Source: an uncultured archaeon
GTDB taxonomy: Archaea > Asgardarchaeota > Thorarchaeia > Thorarchaeales > Thorarchaeaceae
DNA: 32,000 nt
NCBI GenBank assembly: GCA_964354495.1
Contig: CAYHAA010000001.1
Location: forward strand, 60,001 to 92,000
Direction: 5' to 3'
Below, in pieces: positions 1-8,904 of this stretch. Under the pieces are notes generated by a model that searched no databases, had not been told where the DNA came from, and was given only the letters and a program-made list of their open reading frames with translations. Both the position numbers and the translations under genes were made by a program. Position 1 is the stretch's first letter. The number at the start of each line of letters is the position of its first letter.

Positions 1-2
1 CC

Positions 3-905
3 AAGAGTAAGGACCGAACATTGGATGAACGTACAAGGAACTGGTACTCGGTCGTGGAGAAGGCATTGAAGGTGTTCGTCAATGCATCCTATGGTGTCAC
101 GGGCGCCAGACATTTCGAGCTCTTTTGCATGCCCGCTGCAGAAAGTACCACTGCCTTTGGGCGCGATGCCATTCAGCGAGCCAAGGCAAAGGCAGAGGAA
201 ATGGGAATCAGGGTGCTCTATGGTGACACAGACTCTGTCTTCCTGGACAATCCGACAAAGGAGCAACAGAAAGAATTGGTCCAGTGGTCGCGAAAAGCTC
301 TTGGAATAGACCTTGAAGTTGAGAAGACCTACAAGTATGTCGCGCTCTCAGATAGAAAGAAGAACTACATTGGTGTCTACACAGATGGGAAGGTGGAAGT
401 CAAGGGACTAAGTGGGAAGAAGCGGAACACACCAGACTATGCCCAGCAGGCATTTAGAGAGATGCTCGAAGTACTGAGTCGAGTTGATGATGCAGAGGGA
501 TTCGAAACAGCAAAGGCTGGAATACGTCAAATCGTGAATCGTGTCATCGATAGGCTTGAAGGGAAGGCTAAAGACTACACTCCTGAGGAACTGGCCTTCC
601 GAATTCAAATCACGAAGCGTCTGTCTGAGTATCCTACTGACATGCCGCACGTCAGAGCAGCAAAGATGCTGGTTGAGAAGACGAAAGATCCCAATAGAGT
701 GCTACCTGGGACAATCATTGAGTTCATCCGAATCAAAGGGCCAGGTGGTGTCCTTCCAGTTGAACTTGCCAAGCAAACGCCCTATTGGGTAGACAAAGAC
801 GTGTACATCGACATACTGAGGGGCGTCTTCGATCAAGTCTTAGACTCTTTAGGCCTTGACTTCAGCGAGTTTCTTGGTTTCACCACCCTAGACAAGTTTT
901 TCTAA
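3..905 (+). CDS. polB1: Family B DNA polymerase, B1 (Dpo1-like) type, C-terminal part; 5' end lies outside the window
   Basis: Frame is open from position 3. Motifs KALKVFVNASYG (B), VLYGDTDSVFLDNP (C) and KKNYIGVYTDGKVEVKG..KKRNTP closely follow the crenarchaeal Dpo1 pattern as I recall it. C-terminus TTLDKFF is PIP-box-like. Confidence 0.93.
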   Translation, partial: KSKDRTLDERTRNWYSVVEKALKVFVNASYGVTGARHFELFCMPAAESTTAFGRDAIQRAKAKAEEMGIRVLYGDTDSVFLDNPTKEQQKELVQWSRKALGIDLEVEKTYKYVALSDRKKNYIGVYTDGKVEVKGLSGKKRNTPDYAQQAFREMLEVLSRVDDAEGFETAKAGIRQIVNRVIDRLEGKAKDYTPEELAFRIQITKRLSEYPTDMPHVRAAKMLVEKTKDPNRVLPGTIIEFIRIKGPGGVLPVELAKQTPYWVDKDVYIDILRGVFDQVLDSLGLDFSEFLGFTTLDKFF

Positions 906-1014
906 CGACATAACAGTATGAGGGTCTGAATAAGAAATTCTTATAGCCGAAGTGTGATACACGCAAGGAGACCTAGAGCCTGACATACGATGCTTTCGAC
1001 GGGGTATTTGAAAT

Positions 1015-2049
1015 ATGAAACTGAATTACCGCGAGTTTTTCATGCAAAAAATGCTCATCATGTTCAAACCCGAAGACATTGAGATGTCAGCAAAGGACTT
1101 CATATCGACATACGCTTCTTACATGGAAGATGTCGGAATAGTCGGCAAGGGCCCTGATGGATATGCAATATACCCCAGCAAGACAGCACCGGTCAGAGAA
1201 CAGCATTTTCCATTCTTTGAGGAATGGGTGCGCCTTACGGATGCTTTGGACATCAATGCGGTTGTTGGGCTTGATATGTATACTGATGGATGGTTTGCCA
1301 GAGATCCGAAGTATCAGACCATGAATGATAGGGGGATAAAGATGGAACATCAGATCTGCCCCAATCGCCCGGAGTTCTGGCAGTACGGTGCTGAGATAGT
1401 GAAGGAGATCGGGTCATATCCAATCGATGAGATTCTTCTCTTTGGAGCGGGTTATATCAGAGATCAATTCTGCTTCTGCGACCGTTGTCGAAAGGAGTTT
1501 GCACCCATGGTCGATCAAGAGCCCAGTCGGCTCACATATCAGTATATCTCGGAGAATCCGGAACATCATGAGAAATGGCACAAGTTTCGGAGTGAAAAGG
1601 TGCATCAGGGTCTTGCCTATCTGAAGGATGCCGCTGTGGAGGCAGATGATGCGACTGGGAGAGAGAAACCTCTCAGGCTCTCAGTTGAAGTGCTCCTTGA
1701 TCCTGAAACAGGTCTCTCCGATGGTGCAAAGAACGAGTATGGCTATGATCACACTAGGATTGGGGAGATTACAAAGAATGTCTTGATTAATCTCTTCCCA
1801 TGGTCTCCTGTTATCCCCACCAAGGGGACCTCTGAGTACAGCGAGCTCGTAGAAGCGCTCTATTTTGTGAATGAGTTCACGAGGCGAGGAGGGAGAGCAT
1901 CTCTCTTCCGTTGGGGCGTAACGACCTTGGAACAGCTCCAAGAGCTCAAGGCATTGGGTAAGGATGTTGGAATTGACAGAATTGTAACGACGTTCCACTA
2001 CCCCTCTGACTATTCTCGTAGACGAGAGAGCGCGATTGGCAACTTCTAG
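1015..2049 (+). CDS. Putative glycoside-hydrolase-like TIM-barrel protein (GHL10/DUF187-like) with a CFCxxC motif
   Basis: Segment ICPNRPEFWQYGAEIVKEIGSYPIDEILLF...FCFCDRCRKEF follows the CP..PE.....DGI.LD...cyC..Cr..F pattern of GH-like barrels. True start may be ATG 1042 or 1051. Confidence 0.5.
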   Translation: MKLNYREFFMQKMLIMFKPEDIEMSAKDFISTYASYMEDVGIVGKGPDGYAIYPSKTAPVREQHFPFFEEWVRLTDALDINAVVGLDMYTDGWFARDPKYQTMNDRGIKMEHQICPNRPEFWQYGAEIVKEIGSYPIDEILLFGAGYIRDQFCFCDRCRKEFAPMVDQEPSRLTYQYISENPEHHEKWHKFRSEKVHQGLAYLKDAAVEADDATGREKPLRLSVEVLLDPETGLSDGAKNEYGYDHTRIGEITKNVLINLFPWSPVIPTKGTSEYSELVEALYFVNEFTRRGGRASLFRWGVTTLEQLQELKALGKDVGIDRIVTTFHYPSDYSRRRESAIGNF

Positions 2050-2061
2050 AGATGTGTCTCT

Positions 2062-2910
2062 TCATAGACGTGAGCCGCAGTATGGACATACTCTGCTACC
2101 AGCTCTGATATTTCTTCCACAGGAAAAACACAATGTCTGTTCCTGGTTCTCTTTTCGAGCATCGTCAAGGAACGGACTGAGTTCGCCCTGAGTGAAGAGA
2201 GCGCCAATCCCGTCAACAGATTCGTTTCGCTTTATGTTGCAGACACTGCGACTATGCTCATCTTCTGTTGGGACTGCTCCCTGTAGATCTGCATAGATAC
2301 CCCTGCTCTCTCTCTCCCGGTATTGCTGTGTGTTTCTATCATCTCGAGAATCTTGCCATGTCGTGCGTCTTCCATCGTAGCGATCTTCTTCTGGCACCAT
2401 TACTTTCTCTAGAGTCTCGAAATCATGTCTGTAGTCTTCCGAGCCGTACCCGGGATCAGTGGCAGGTCGATTGGCAATTCGGTCTCTAGGCGCCTGATTT
2501 GTCCATTGGGGGTCATCAGTTCCAATCCCTTTTGCTGTTTCAACATACTTGAAATGCTCGTTCTTTTTCAGGTCTTCGTACTCGTTGGGCGTCAGCCCCA
2601 TTATCTCTAGAGCTCTATCTCGTTCAGCACATCTCTTTGAGAGCGGGCAGCAATAGGCGAGGCTGCTATGACATAGAGCCGCCATTGCACGTTCCTGTCG
2701 AGACTTGAAAATGGGTGCAATCCTCTTGTTGCCCAGTACAATGGAGTCGCCAACAGCTCTCATCTCAGCGTAGCCACTCTGAGCAAGTGCCTCGATGAGT
2801 TCTTTCGCAGGGTATGTTCTTCCCTCAATAATCACGTTACCCTCAGTCTTGTCAAGTCTCACTGGTCTCTCAGTGACTTTGTTTCCGTCGTAAGTAGGAT
2901 ACGTTGTCAT
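2062..2910 (-). CDS. Hypothetical protein: N-terminal domain, single methanogenesis-marker-9-like Cys half-domain, charged linker, C-terminal zinc ribbon
   Basis: Contains LCHSSLAYCCPLSKRCAERDRALEIMGLTPNEYEDLKK and C-terminal CFSCGRNIRAGSRVCPYCG. ATG 2910 is preceded by GGTGG; GTG 2919 is an alternative start. Confidence 0.7.
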   Translation of the reverse strand: MTTYPTYDGNKVTERPVRLDKTEGNVIIEGRTYPAKELIEALAQSGYAEMRAVGDSIVLGNKRIAPIFKSRQERAMAALCHSSLAYCCPLSKRCAERDRALEIMGLTPNEYEDLKKNEHFKYVETAKGIGTDDPQWTNQAPRDRIANRPATDPGYGSEDYRHDFETLEKVMVPEEDRYDGRRTTWQDSRDDRNTQQYRERESRGIYADLQGAVPTEDEHSRSVCNIKRNESVDGIGALFTQGELSPFLDDARKENQEQTLCFSCGRNIRAGSRVCPYCGSRL

Positions 2911-3074
2911 GACCACCACTAGATGACCATTTTGCTGTCATACGAGCATTCTCTCTGAACAATACAATGGTATGTATTACCTCGGGTCGCATGAATAGGG
3001 GACACTTTAATATCTCAATGAGCTCTAGATTCGCATACAATGGGACCAATAGGTTTCATGGAGGTATCATAATC

Positions 3075-3446
3075 ATGGGCTGCAAAGCAGAAGGCGCTGC
3101 ACAAGGCTACACAGTCTTAGGCGGTATAGTACTTATCCTCTATTCACTACAGAGAATCATCAATAACATTAGCTCACCAGGACCCGGAACAGTCGAAGGT
3201 TTAATGCAGATAGTGTTGGGTTTTATGGTCATCATCCTTGTCGCATTAGCATTTGATGCATGCGGATTCACTCATTGGAAGCTTCACCGATCTGGGCTTC
3301 TCTTGGCACTTCTCGGTTTCGTGATCATTCTGATTGTGTCTTGGCCTGGAATCACACTTGACCCATTCGCTTGGCTGCAAAGTCTTGACACTCTTGCAGG
3401 CTTCATGATTCTACTGGGAGGCCTTCTTCTACTCGCACGATCCTGA
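3075..3446 (+). CDS. Small four-TM membrane protein of unknown function
   Basis: GGAGGT Shine-Dalgarno at 3060-3065 precedes ATG 3075. Four hydrophobic, Gly-containing segments. Confidence 0.8.
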   Translation: MGCKAEGAAQGYTVLGGIVLILYSLQRIINNISSPGPGTVEGLMQIVLGFMVIILVALAFDACGFTHWKLHRSGLLLALLGFVIILIVSWPGITLDPFAWLQSLDTLAGFMILLGGLLLLARS

Positions 3447-3529
3447 GGATAGAATTGTCTTTCCGGAATCGGTAATTAGATAATGGCGAGCATCTTCACT
3501 CGAACCAGCAATCAGAGGACAGTGTCACC

Positions 3530-4876
3530 ATGGACGAGAAACACATCAAGACTCTTCGATACCTGGGATTCAATATTCGTCGACAGGACTTGACAAATGA
3601 TTATTGGAAGAGGCGCGCTGCAGAGGCTCTGGCGCTCACTACTCAAGACAGAGATGTGTATGGCTGTCTTGACCACACCACAGGCGAAGGTCTGCGTGTC
3701 TTCGACGTAGAGGGCACGGAATACCTTGATGTCACAGGTGGAGTGGCTGTTCGTGCATTTGGACTTCGATACAAGCCATTCCTCGATTTTGAGGCCGGTT
3801 TGATTGATGTGGTCCATGAGCTTCCAGGACAGGATTTCGACGCGATTCCTCAGACGCTTCTTGCTGAACGTGTTGCTGCAATCACTCCTGGAAACCATAA
3901 GAAACGAGTAATGTTCACAACCTCCGGCGGACGGGCGGTCGAGGGATGTATGAAGTCTGCAATGGATCTATCTGGACGCAGAAGATTCGTTGCATTTCGA
4001 CCCGCATTCCATGGCCGAACAGGCTATGCTCTCTCTCTTACATCATCGAACTCAAAACACAAGTCGGGTTTTCCCCAGGGTGTAGATGTCATTCGTGTGC
4101 CCTACCCATACTGCTACAGGTGCCCCTACGGCACAAACGAGGAAGAATGTAGCATTGAGTGCGTTGAAGCCTTGAGATATGCCCTAGAGGTAGAGGGCAA
4201 TGACATTGCGGCTACAGTGATGGAGCCTCTCTGTGGCGAAGGCGGACTCATTGTTCCACCTGCCAAGGCAGTGAAGGGTATCTATGAGCTGAGCAAGGAA
4301 GTGGGAGCATATTTCATGTCAGATGAGGTACAGGCAGGCATGGGAAGAACAGGGAAGTGGTGCGCGATTGAGTACCATGGCGTGGTTCCGGACTATATCT
4401 CCATGGGCAAGGCAATAGGTGGTGGATATCCAATGGGCGCATCGATCGGTCCAGCTCCCATGTACACTGGCGGGTCTCGGCACTCTGAGACTTTCTCTGC
4501 AGAACCCAAGATGTCTCTCTTGGCGCTGTGGATTTTCAAGCACATGGAAGATGGCGATTTCCTGAGGAAGAACAAAGAGAACGGAGAGTACCTACTAAAA
4601 CGACTCGGTGAATTGAAGGACAAGCACGAAGTAGTCGGAGATGTTCGTGGCCTGGGTCTTATGATTGGCATCGAACTAGTGAAGGACAAGAAGACTCAAG
4701 AGAAGGCTCGGAAGCTACGCGATGCTGTTGTCAAGAATGCGGTTCAGAAACAGCACCTCTGGGTGCTTGGGGCGGGTCAGAATGTGATTCGTTTCACTCC
4801 CAGCTATACTATCACCAGAGAGAACATCGATGATGCTGTTGAAAGAGTCGACAAAGCAATCTCTGAGGAAATCTGA
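3530..4876 (+). CDS. Class III PLP aminotransferase (4-aminobutyrate/ornithine aminotransferase or amino-acid racemase family)
   Basis: Motifs YLDVTGGVAV, FRPAFHGRT, MEPLCGEGG, SDEVQAGMGRTG, GKAIGGG (PLP lysine) and DVRGLGLMIGIELV. Substrate cannot be assigned from sequence by eye. Confidence 0.93.
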   Translation: MDEKHIKTLRYLGFNIRRQDLTNDYWKRRAAEALALTTQDRDVYGCLDHTTGEGLRVFDVEGTEYLDVTGGVAVRAFGLRYKPFLDFEAGLIDVVHELPGQDFDAIPQTLLAERVAAITPGNHKKRVMFTTSGGRAVEGCMKSAMDLSGRRRFVAFRPAFHGRTGYALSLTSSNSKHKSGFPQGVDVIRVPYPYCYRCPYGTNEEECSIECVEALRYALEVEGNDIAATVMEPLCGEGGLIVPPAKAVKGIYELSKEVGAYFMSDEVQAGMGRTGKWCAIEYHGVVPDYISMGKAIGGGYPMGASIGPAPMYTGGSRHSETFSAEPKMSLLALWIFKHMEDGDFLRKNKENGEYLLKRLGELKDKHEVVGDVRGLGLMIGIELVKDKKTQEKARKLRDAVVKNAVQKQHLWVLGAGQNVIRFTPSYTITRENIDDAVERVDKAISEEI

Positions 4877-4893
4877 TTTTCGGAAGAGAAAAA

Positions 4894-4938
4894 GAGCAAT
4901 TGCTCAACACTGATCGAATATCAATCATATTGAGCAAT
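4894..4938. terminator. Inverted repeats between convergent genes, possible bidirectional terminator
   Basis: ATTGCTCAA (4899-4907) pairs with TTGAGCAAT (4930-4938). The perfect palindrome GAGCAATTGCTC lies at 4894-4905. Both sit in the 68-bp gap between convergent stops. Confidence 0.3.
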
Positions 4939-4944
4939 CATGGT

Positions 4945-5274
4945 CTATTTGATTAGTAGAAGTAGCGAGCCAATGATAACTAGGACACCACCCAAGCCGC
5001 TAGCGAACAGGTACATGAGAATACCCATGATGAGCACAATCAGCCACTTGTTCTTGAATTCAAGTGCCTTGATCTTAATCGCACCGCTGTTCACTAGGGC
5101 AATCAGTGAGAATATTATCCCTAGGATACCCGTTATCAAGCCTCCGAAACCGAAATTGGCGTATGGCAGGAATGCCAAGTAGGGTAGTCCAAGAACAGTC
5201 AGGATGCCCTCAATGAGTCCGACGATACCACCGATCAGTATCAGAATGTTTCCAATTTTGTGCAAATCTGACAT
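4945..5274 (-). CDS. Small four-TM membrane protein of unknown function
   Basis: GAGGAG Shine-Dalgarno upstream on the minus strand. Four Gly-rich hydrophobic helices with the same layout as 3075-3446. Confidence 0.82.
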   Translation of the reverse strand: MSDLHKIGNILILIGGIVGLIEGILTVLGLPYLAFLPYANFGFGGLITGILGIIFSLIALVNSGAIKIKALEFKNKWLIVLIMGILMYLFASGLGGVLVIIGSLLLLIK

Positions 5275-5635
5275 TTTGTTTTATCTCCTCTTATTCGAGA
5301 TTCACAAACAAGCCAACTGGATATCACCTTCAGGCAAGAAATCGTGATGCGAAACACCTTCACTAAGTAGTGTGAATTGGCGTTTTCTGTGCGTCAGAAT
5401 TTACATGCCATTGGGCAACACCCTGTTTGCTGCCGTTCAGAATCAACATATGCTTGAAGGGCGGTCCCATATAGGACTATCGATGGACCGTATTCCCCCA
5501 GAATCCTGATAATAATTGACTTTTTTTGGCACCGAGCATCTGCAATCGCTTCTCAGTCGAGAGTAGGAGGCGAGCTTATTATCTTCTAAGAGCGTCATTC
5601 CATAGAATAGATAAAGTAAGGAAGACTGTGCATCC

Positions 5636-6988
5636 TTGGTAGATTGCCTCTCCAATATAGAGTCAGCTGAAATTGCGCAAAAGTCCCAAAGACATCTGGA
5701 GTTCATCGGAGACATTGACCCAGATACCGTGATTCCTGATGGGTCAAGCATCCTTATTGTCAGTAAGGACCAATCCTATCTTACACATGGGATTCACAAA
5801 TTCCCTGCAAAGTTCTTTCCGGAACTCCCTCGATATTTGATACGCAGACTCTCCAATGAAGGCGATACAGTGCTGGATCCAATGTGTGGCAGTGGGACCG
5901 TCGTTCTTGAGGCAGTATTGAATAACCGAAGAGGAGTGGGAATTGATGTGGACTCAATTGCACGGCTTCTCACAAAGGTGAAGACCACTCCCATTCTTCC
6001 GAGTCTTCTCAGGAATGTGGCATCATGCCTCTCAACCAATATCCAATGCATGGACAAGAATGGTGAGTTCGATGACATTCTCCCCGAGTTCAATTACCGT
6101 GACAGCTGGTTTCGACCATCTGTGCTCAGGGAGCTAGCCATACTAAAGAAGTGCATCAACGAAGTCCCCAGACTGTGTGCTGGCATGAAGCAGGACTCGC
6201 TACATGATCTTCAGGATTTCTTGAGAGTTGTCCTGTCATCCATTATTCGTGACGTTTCGAATGCAGATCCACATTGCACCAGAACGGTGCTCAGAAAGAA
6301 AGTCATCAAGAACATAGCTCCGGGCGACACTATATCTAGGTTCCTCACAACGCTCTCAAAGCAGGTGGCTGCAATGGATGAGCTCTGGCGAGTCTACTCG
6401 TCCTCTGCAAATTGGGATATTCAGCTCCCCAAAGGTACAGCAATACATACGGGCTTAGATGCAGAAAGCATTGATCTGGCAGTGACATCGCCACCATACA
6501 TCAATGCTGTCGACTATCCGCGTACTCATCAATTAGAAATGTATTGGTTGGACATGCTTGACGAGGATGGCCCTCTCGCCAACGTGAAACGACGCTACAT
6601 TGGAACAGAAGCAGTTTACAAGACGGACTATCAGCGTCTTCGAGTCACCAATCTGAAAACACTTGATCCAATACTTGCACGGATATTCGGGACAGATCCA
6701 AGGCGATCCTATATCGTCCACAAGTTCTTTGAGGATATGGAGGTACAACTAGAAGAGACCATGAGAGTCTTGAAACCCGGAGGTCACTACTGCATTGCGA
6801 TTGGTAACAATCTCATTCGTGGCGTGCTAGTGAAGTCACACGAAATTCTCACAGAGATTGCAACCGAAAGGACAGGATTCCGGCTTGACAGAGTCTTCTT
6901 CTCCAAGTTAATCCGCCATTTCATCCGAATCCCTCGAAGAGAGAGAATGCTTGGTGAATGGATCATAATTCTTGAGAAGCCGCGATAG
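5636..6988 (+). CDS. Amino-DNA methyltransferase, alpha-order, probably N4-cytosine; no restriction endonuclease adjacent
   Basis: THGIHKFPAKFFP, SAM-binding motif I VLDPMCGSGT near the N-terminus, and catalytic motif IV AVTSPPY after a central variable region. The TTG start is uncertain. Confidence 0.88.
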   Translation: MVDCLSNIESAEIAQKSQRHLEFIGDIDPDTVIPDGSSILIVSKDQSYLTHGIHKFPAKFFPELPRYLIRRLSNEGDTVLDPMCGSGTVVLEAVLNNRRGVGIDVDSIARLLTKVKTTPILPSLLRNVASCLSTNIQCMDKNGEFDDILPEFNYRDSWFRPSVLRELAILKKCINEVPRLCAGMKQDSLHDLQDFLRVVLSSIIRDVSNADPHCTRTVLRKKVIKNIAPGDTISRFLTTLSKQVAAMDELWRVYSSSANWDIQLPKGTAIHTGLDAESIDLAVTSPPYINAVDYPRTHQLEMYWLDMLDEDGPLANVKRRYIGTEAVYKTDYQRLRVTNLKTLDPILARIFGTDPRRSYIVHKFFEDMEVQLEETMRVLKPGGHYCIAIGNNLIRGVLVKSHEILTEIATERTGFRLDRVFFSKLIRHFIRIPRRERMLGEWIIILEKPR

Positions 6989-7107
6989 TTCGTCAGGCTA
7001 TGCCAAGACTTATCAGCAGACAGGTGTTCAGAGTCACAAATCACAAGGAGGTACTGAAGTCATGGCAATAATCATTGGGTGGGATAACGTTTGCCAGACG
7101 CTCGTTC

Positions 7108-7320
7108 ATGTCTCTGCCTCCTTCTGCGAAATTTCTCTACGTGCTTCTTAAGAGCAGGCACCGGATGACCCGGCAGGACCTCATAAGCACGACATATCTG
7201 CCTCCCAGAACAGTCAACTATGGTCTCAGTCGACTGAAAGCCATTGGACTGATTCAAGAGGTGGAGCACACAGAGGATGCGCGGGAGCGGGTTTACGAGC
7301 TGGTGCAGACGCCCATGTAG
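7108..7320 (+). CDS. Small archaeal winged-HTH DNA-binding protein (MarR-like)
   Basis: LPPSAKFLY..L....MTRQDL...TYLPPRTVNYGLSRLKAIGLI......DARERVYEL matches a widespread ~70-aa archaeal wHTH pattern. TTG 7075 is an alternative start. Confidence 0.85.
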   Translation: MSLPPSAKFLYVLLKSRHRMTRQDLISTTYLPPRTVNYGLSRLKAIGLIQEVEHTEDARERVYELVQTPM

Positions 7321-7449
7321 TACAGACGAGAACCAGAAGGTGGTCTTGATATACGTCCAGACCATCTTCGACCTCTCGGATTGACTCGCTCCAAAAGCCT
7401 CTTAATCTGCAACGCTCCGGATGAAACCAATCAGACTGAGGCGTAACCT

Positions 7450-8808
7450 ATGGATTTCTACAAGAGAGCGGGCGTTGTCCCAATTGGCGGTGAACAGCGC
7501 ACCCACTTCAGTAATCAGATAACGCTGGAACTTGCAGGCACTAAAGTCATACTCATGGGATGGACCCACATCCTCCGAGACAAGGGGAAGATCAAGTTTC
7601 TGGTTCTTCGAGACGAGCATGGTACGGTGCAAGTTGCCATTCTCCAGAAGAAGGTCCCCGAGGAGGTCTTTGAGGTTGCCGGACAATTGAAACCCGAAAC
7701 CGTTGTTGCAGTTCATGGGGATGTCGTTGCCTCGCCGCAGGCCCCCAACGGAGTTGAGATAGTTCCGACAAGGGTACGCATCCTGAATACTGCTGACCGC
7801 CTTCCAATTGATATTGTTGAGGGGAAGGTAGACATTGACCTAGACACGCGCCTCAATCATCGTGTTCTAGATCTTCGTAAACCAACTATCAATGCGATTT
7901 TCAGAATCCAGCATAGCCTGGTTCGCTATGCCCGGGAGTATCTTGAGAAGAATGACTTTGTAGAGATTCATACCCCTAAGCTCGTCGCAGAAGCCACAGA
8001 GGGCGGAGCAAACCTATTCGAAGTCAAGTATTTCGAGAAAAAGGCATACCTTGCACAGAGCCCGCAGTTCTACAAACAGCTCATGCTTCTTGCTGGATTT
8101 GGTCGAGTCTTCGAAGTAGCACCTGTCTTCAGGGCTGAGAAGCATAATACTAGACGTCACGTCAATGAGTATACATCATTTGACTTTGAAATGGCTTGGA
8201 TTAGCGGAGTAGAAGATGTCATGAAGATGGAAGAGCGAATGCTCAACTACTCTTTCGAGAAGACAAGGAAAGCGGCTGCGCACGAGTTCGCACTACTTGG
8301 TATTGACCTCAAGATACCGCGAGTGCCCTTCAAGAGAGTGAAGTACGTCGATGCAATTGATCTTCTCAATAGTGCAGGAAAAGAACTTGCCATCAATGAC
8401 GACCTTGACCCCGAGTGTGAACAGCTGCTTGGACAGATTTTTCCAGAGAAATATGGCACGGATATGGTCTTCATCACTCACTACCCTCTGGAACTGAGAC
8501 CTGCCTATACGATGCCAAGTCTAACTGACGAAGGAATGACAGAGAGTTTTGACCTCACGTATAAGGGAATGGAGATCACGACAGGAGGTCAACGCATTCA
8601 CCTGTATGACCTTCTCATTGAGCGGTTCAAGGCAAAGGGATTCAATCCTCCGGACTTCAGTTTCTATCTGGATCCTTTCAACTACGGCGCTCCACCACAT
8701 GGTGGACTAGGCCTTGGAGTCGAGCGACTTACCATGCAGGTTCTGGGTATCGATAATATCCGTGAGGCAACACTTCTACCGCGTGACAGAGACAGACTCA
8801 CACCCTAG
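7450..8808 (+). CDS. aspS: Aspartyl-tRNA synthetase, archaeal non-discriminating (Asp/Asn) type
   Basis: OB-fold GWTHILRDKGKIKF, motif 2 FRAEKHNTRRHVNEY, motif 3 PPHGGLGLGVERL, and LAQSPQFYKQ. His in GWTH and Pro in QAPNG are the non-discriminating signatures (Trp and Lys in discriminating enzymes). Confidence 0.96.
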   Translation: MDFYKRAGVVPIGGEQRTHFSNQITLELAGTKVILMGWTHILRDKGKIKFLVLRDEHGTVQVAILQKKVPEEVFEVAGQLKPETVVAVHGDVVASPQAPNGVEIVPTRVRILNTADRLPIDIVEGKVDIDLDTRLNHRVLDLRKPTINAIFRIQHSLVRYAREYLEKNDFVEIHTPKLVAEATEGGANLFEVKYFEKKAYLAQSPQFYKQLMLLAGFGRVFEVAPVFRAEKHNTRRHVNEYTSFDFEMAWISGVEDVMKMEERMLNYSFEKTRKAAAHEFALLGIDLKIPRVPFKRVKYVDAIDLLNSAGKELAINDDLDPECEQLLGQIFPEKYGTDMVFITHYPLELRPAYTMPSLTDEGMTESFDLTYKGMEITTGGQRIHLYDLLIERFKAKGFNPPDFSFYLDPFNYGAPPHGGLGLGVERLTMQVLGIDNIREATLLPRDRDRLTP

Positions 8809-8904
8809 TAGTGGCGAGATAATACTCTCACTTAAAGCACGAGCAATTGAATGTGTCTTGTCAGCTTTGTGCGGACTTTCAGAATAGAGAAGGAACTATC
8901 ACCG

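Noticed and set aside
5275-5635. 361-bp intergenic region and ORF 5443-5751 as a possible ncRNA or restriction-gene remnant
   Set aside because: There is no tRNA cloverleaf, only short stems, and no nuclease motif. A divergent promoter region explains it.
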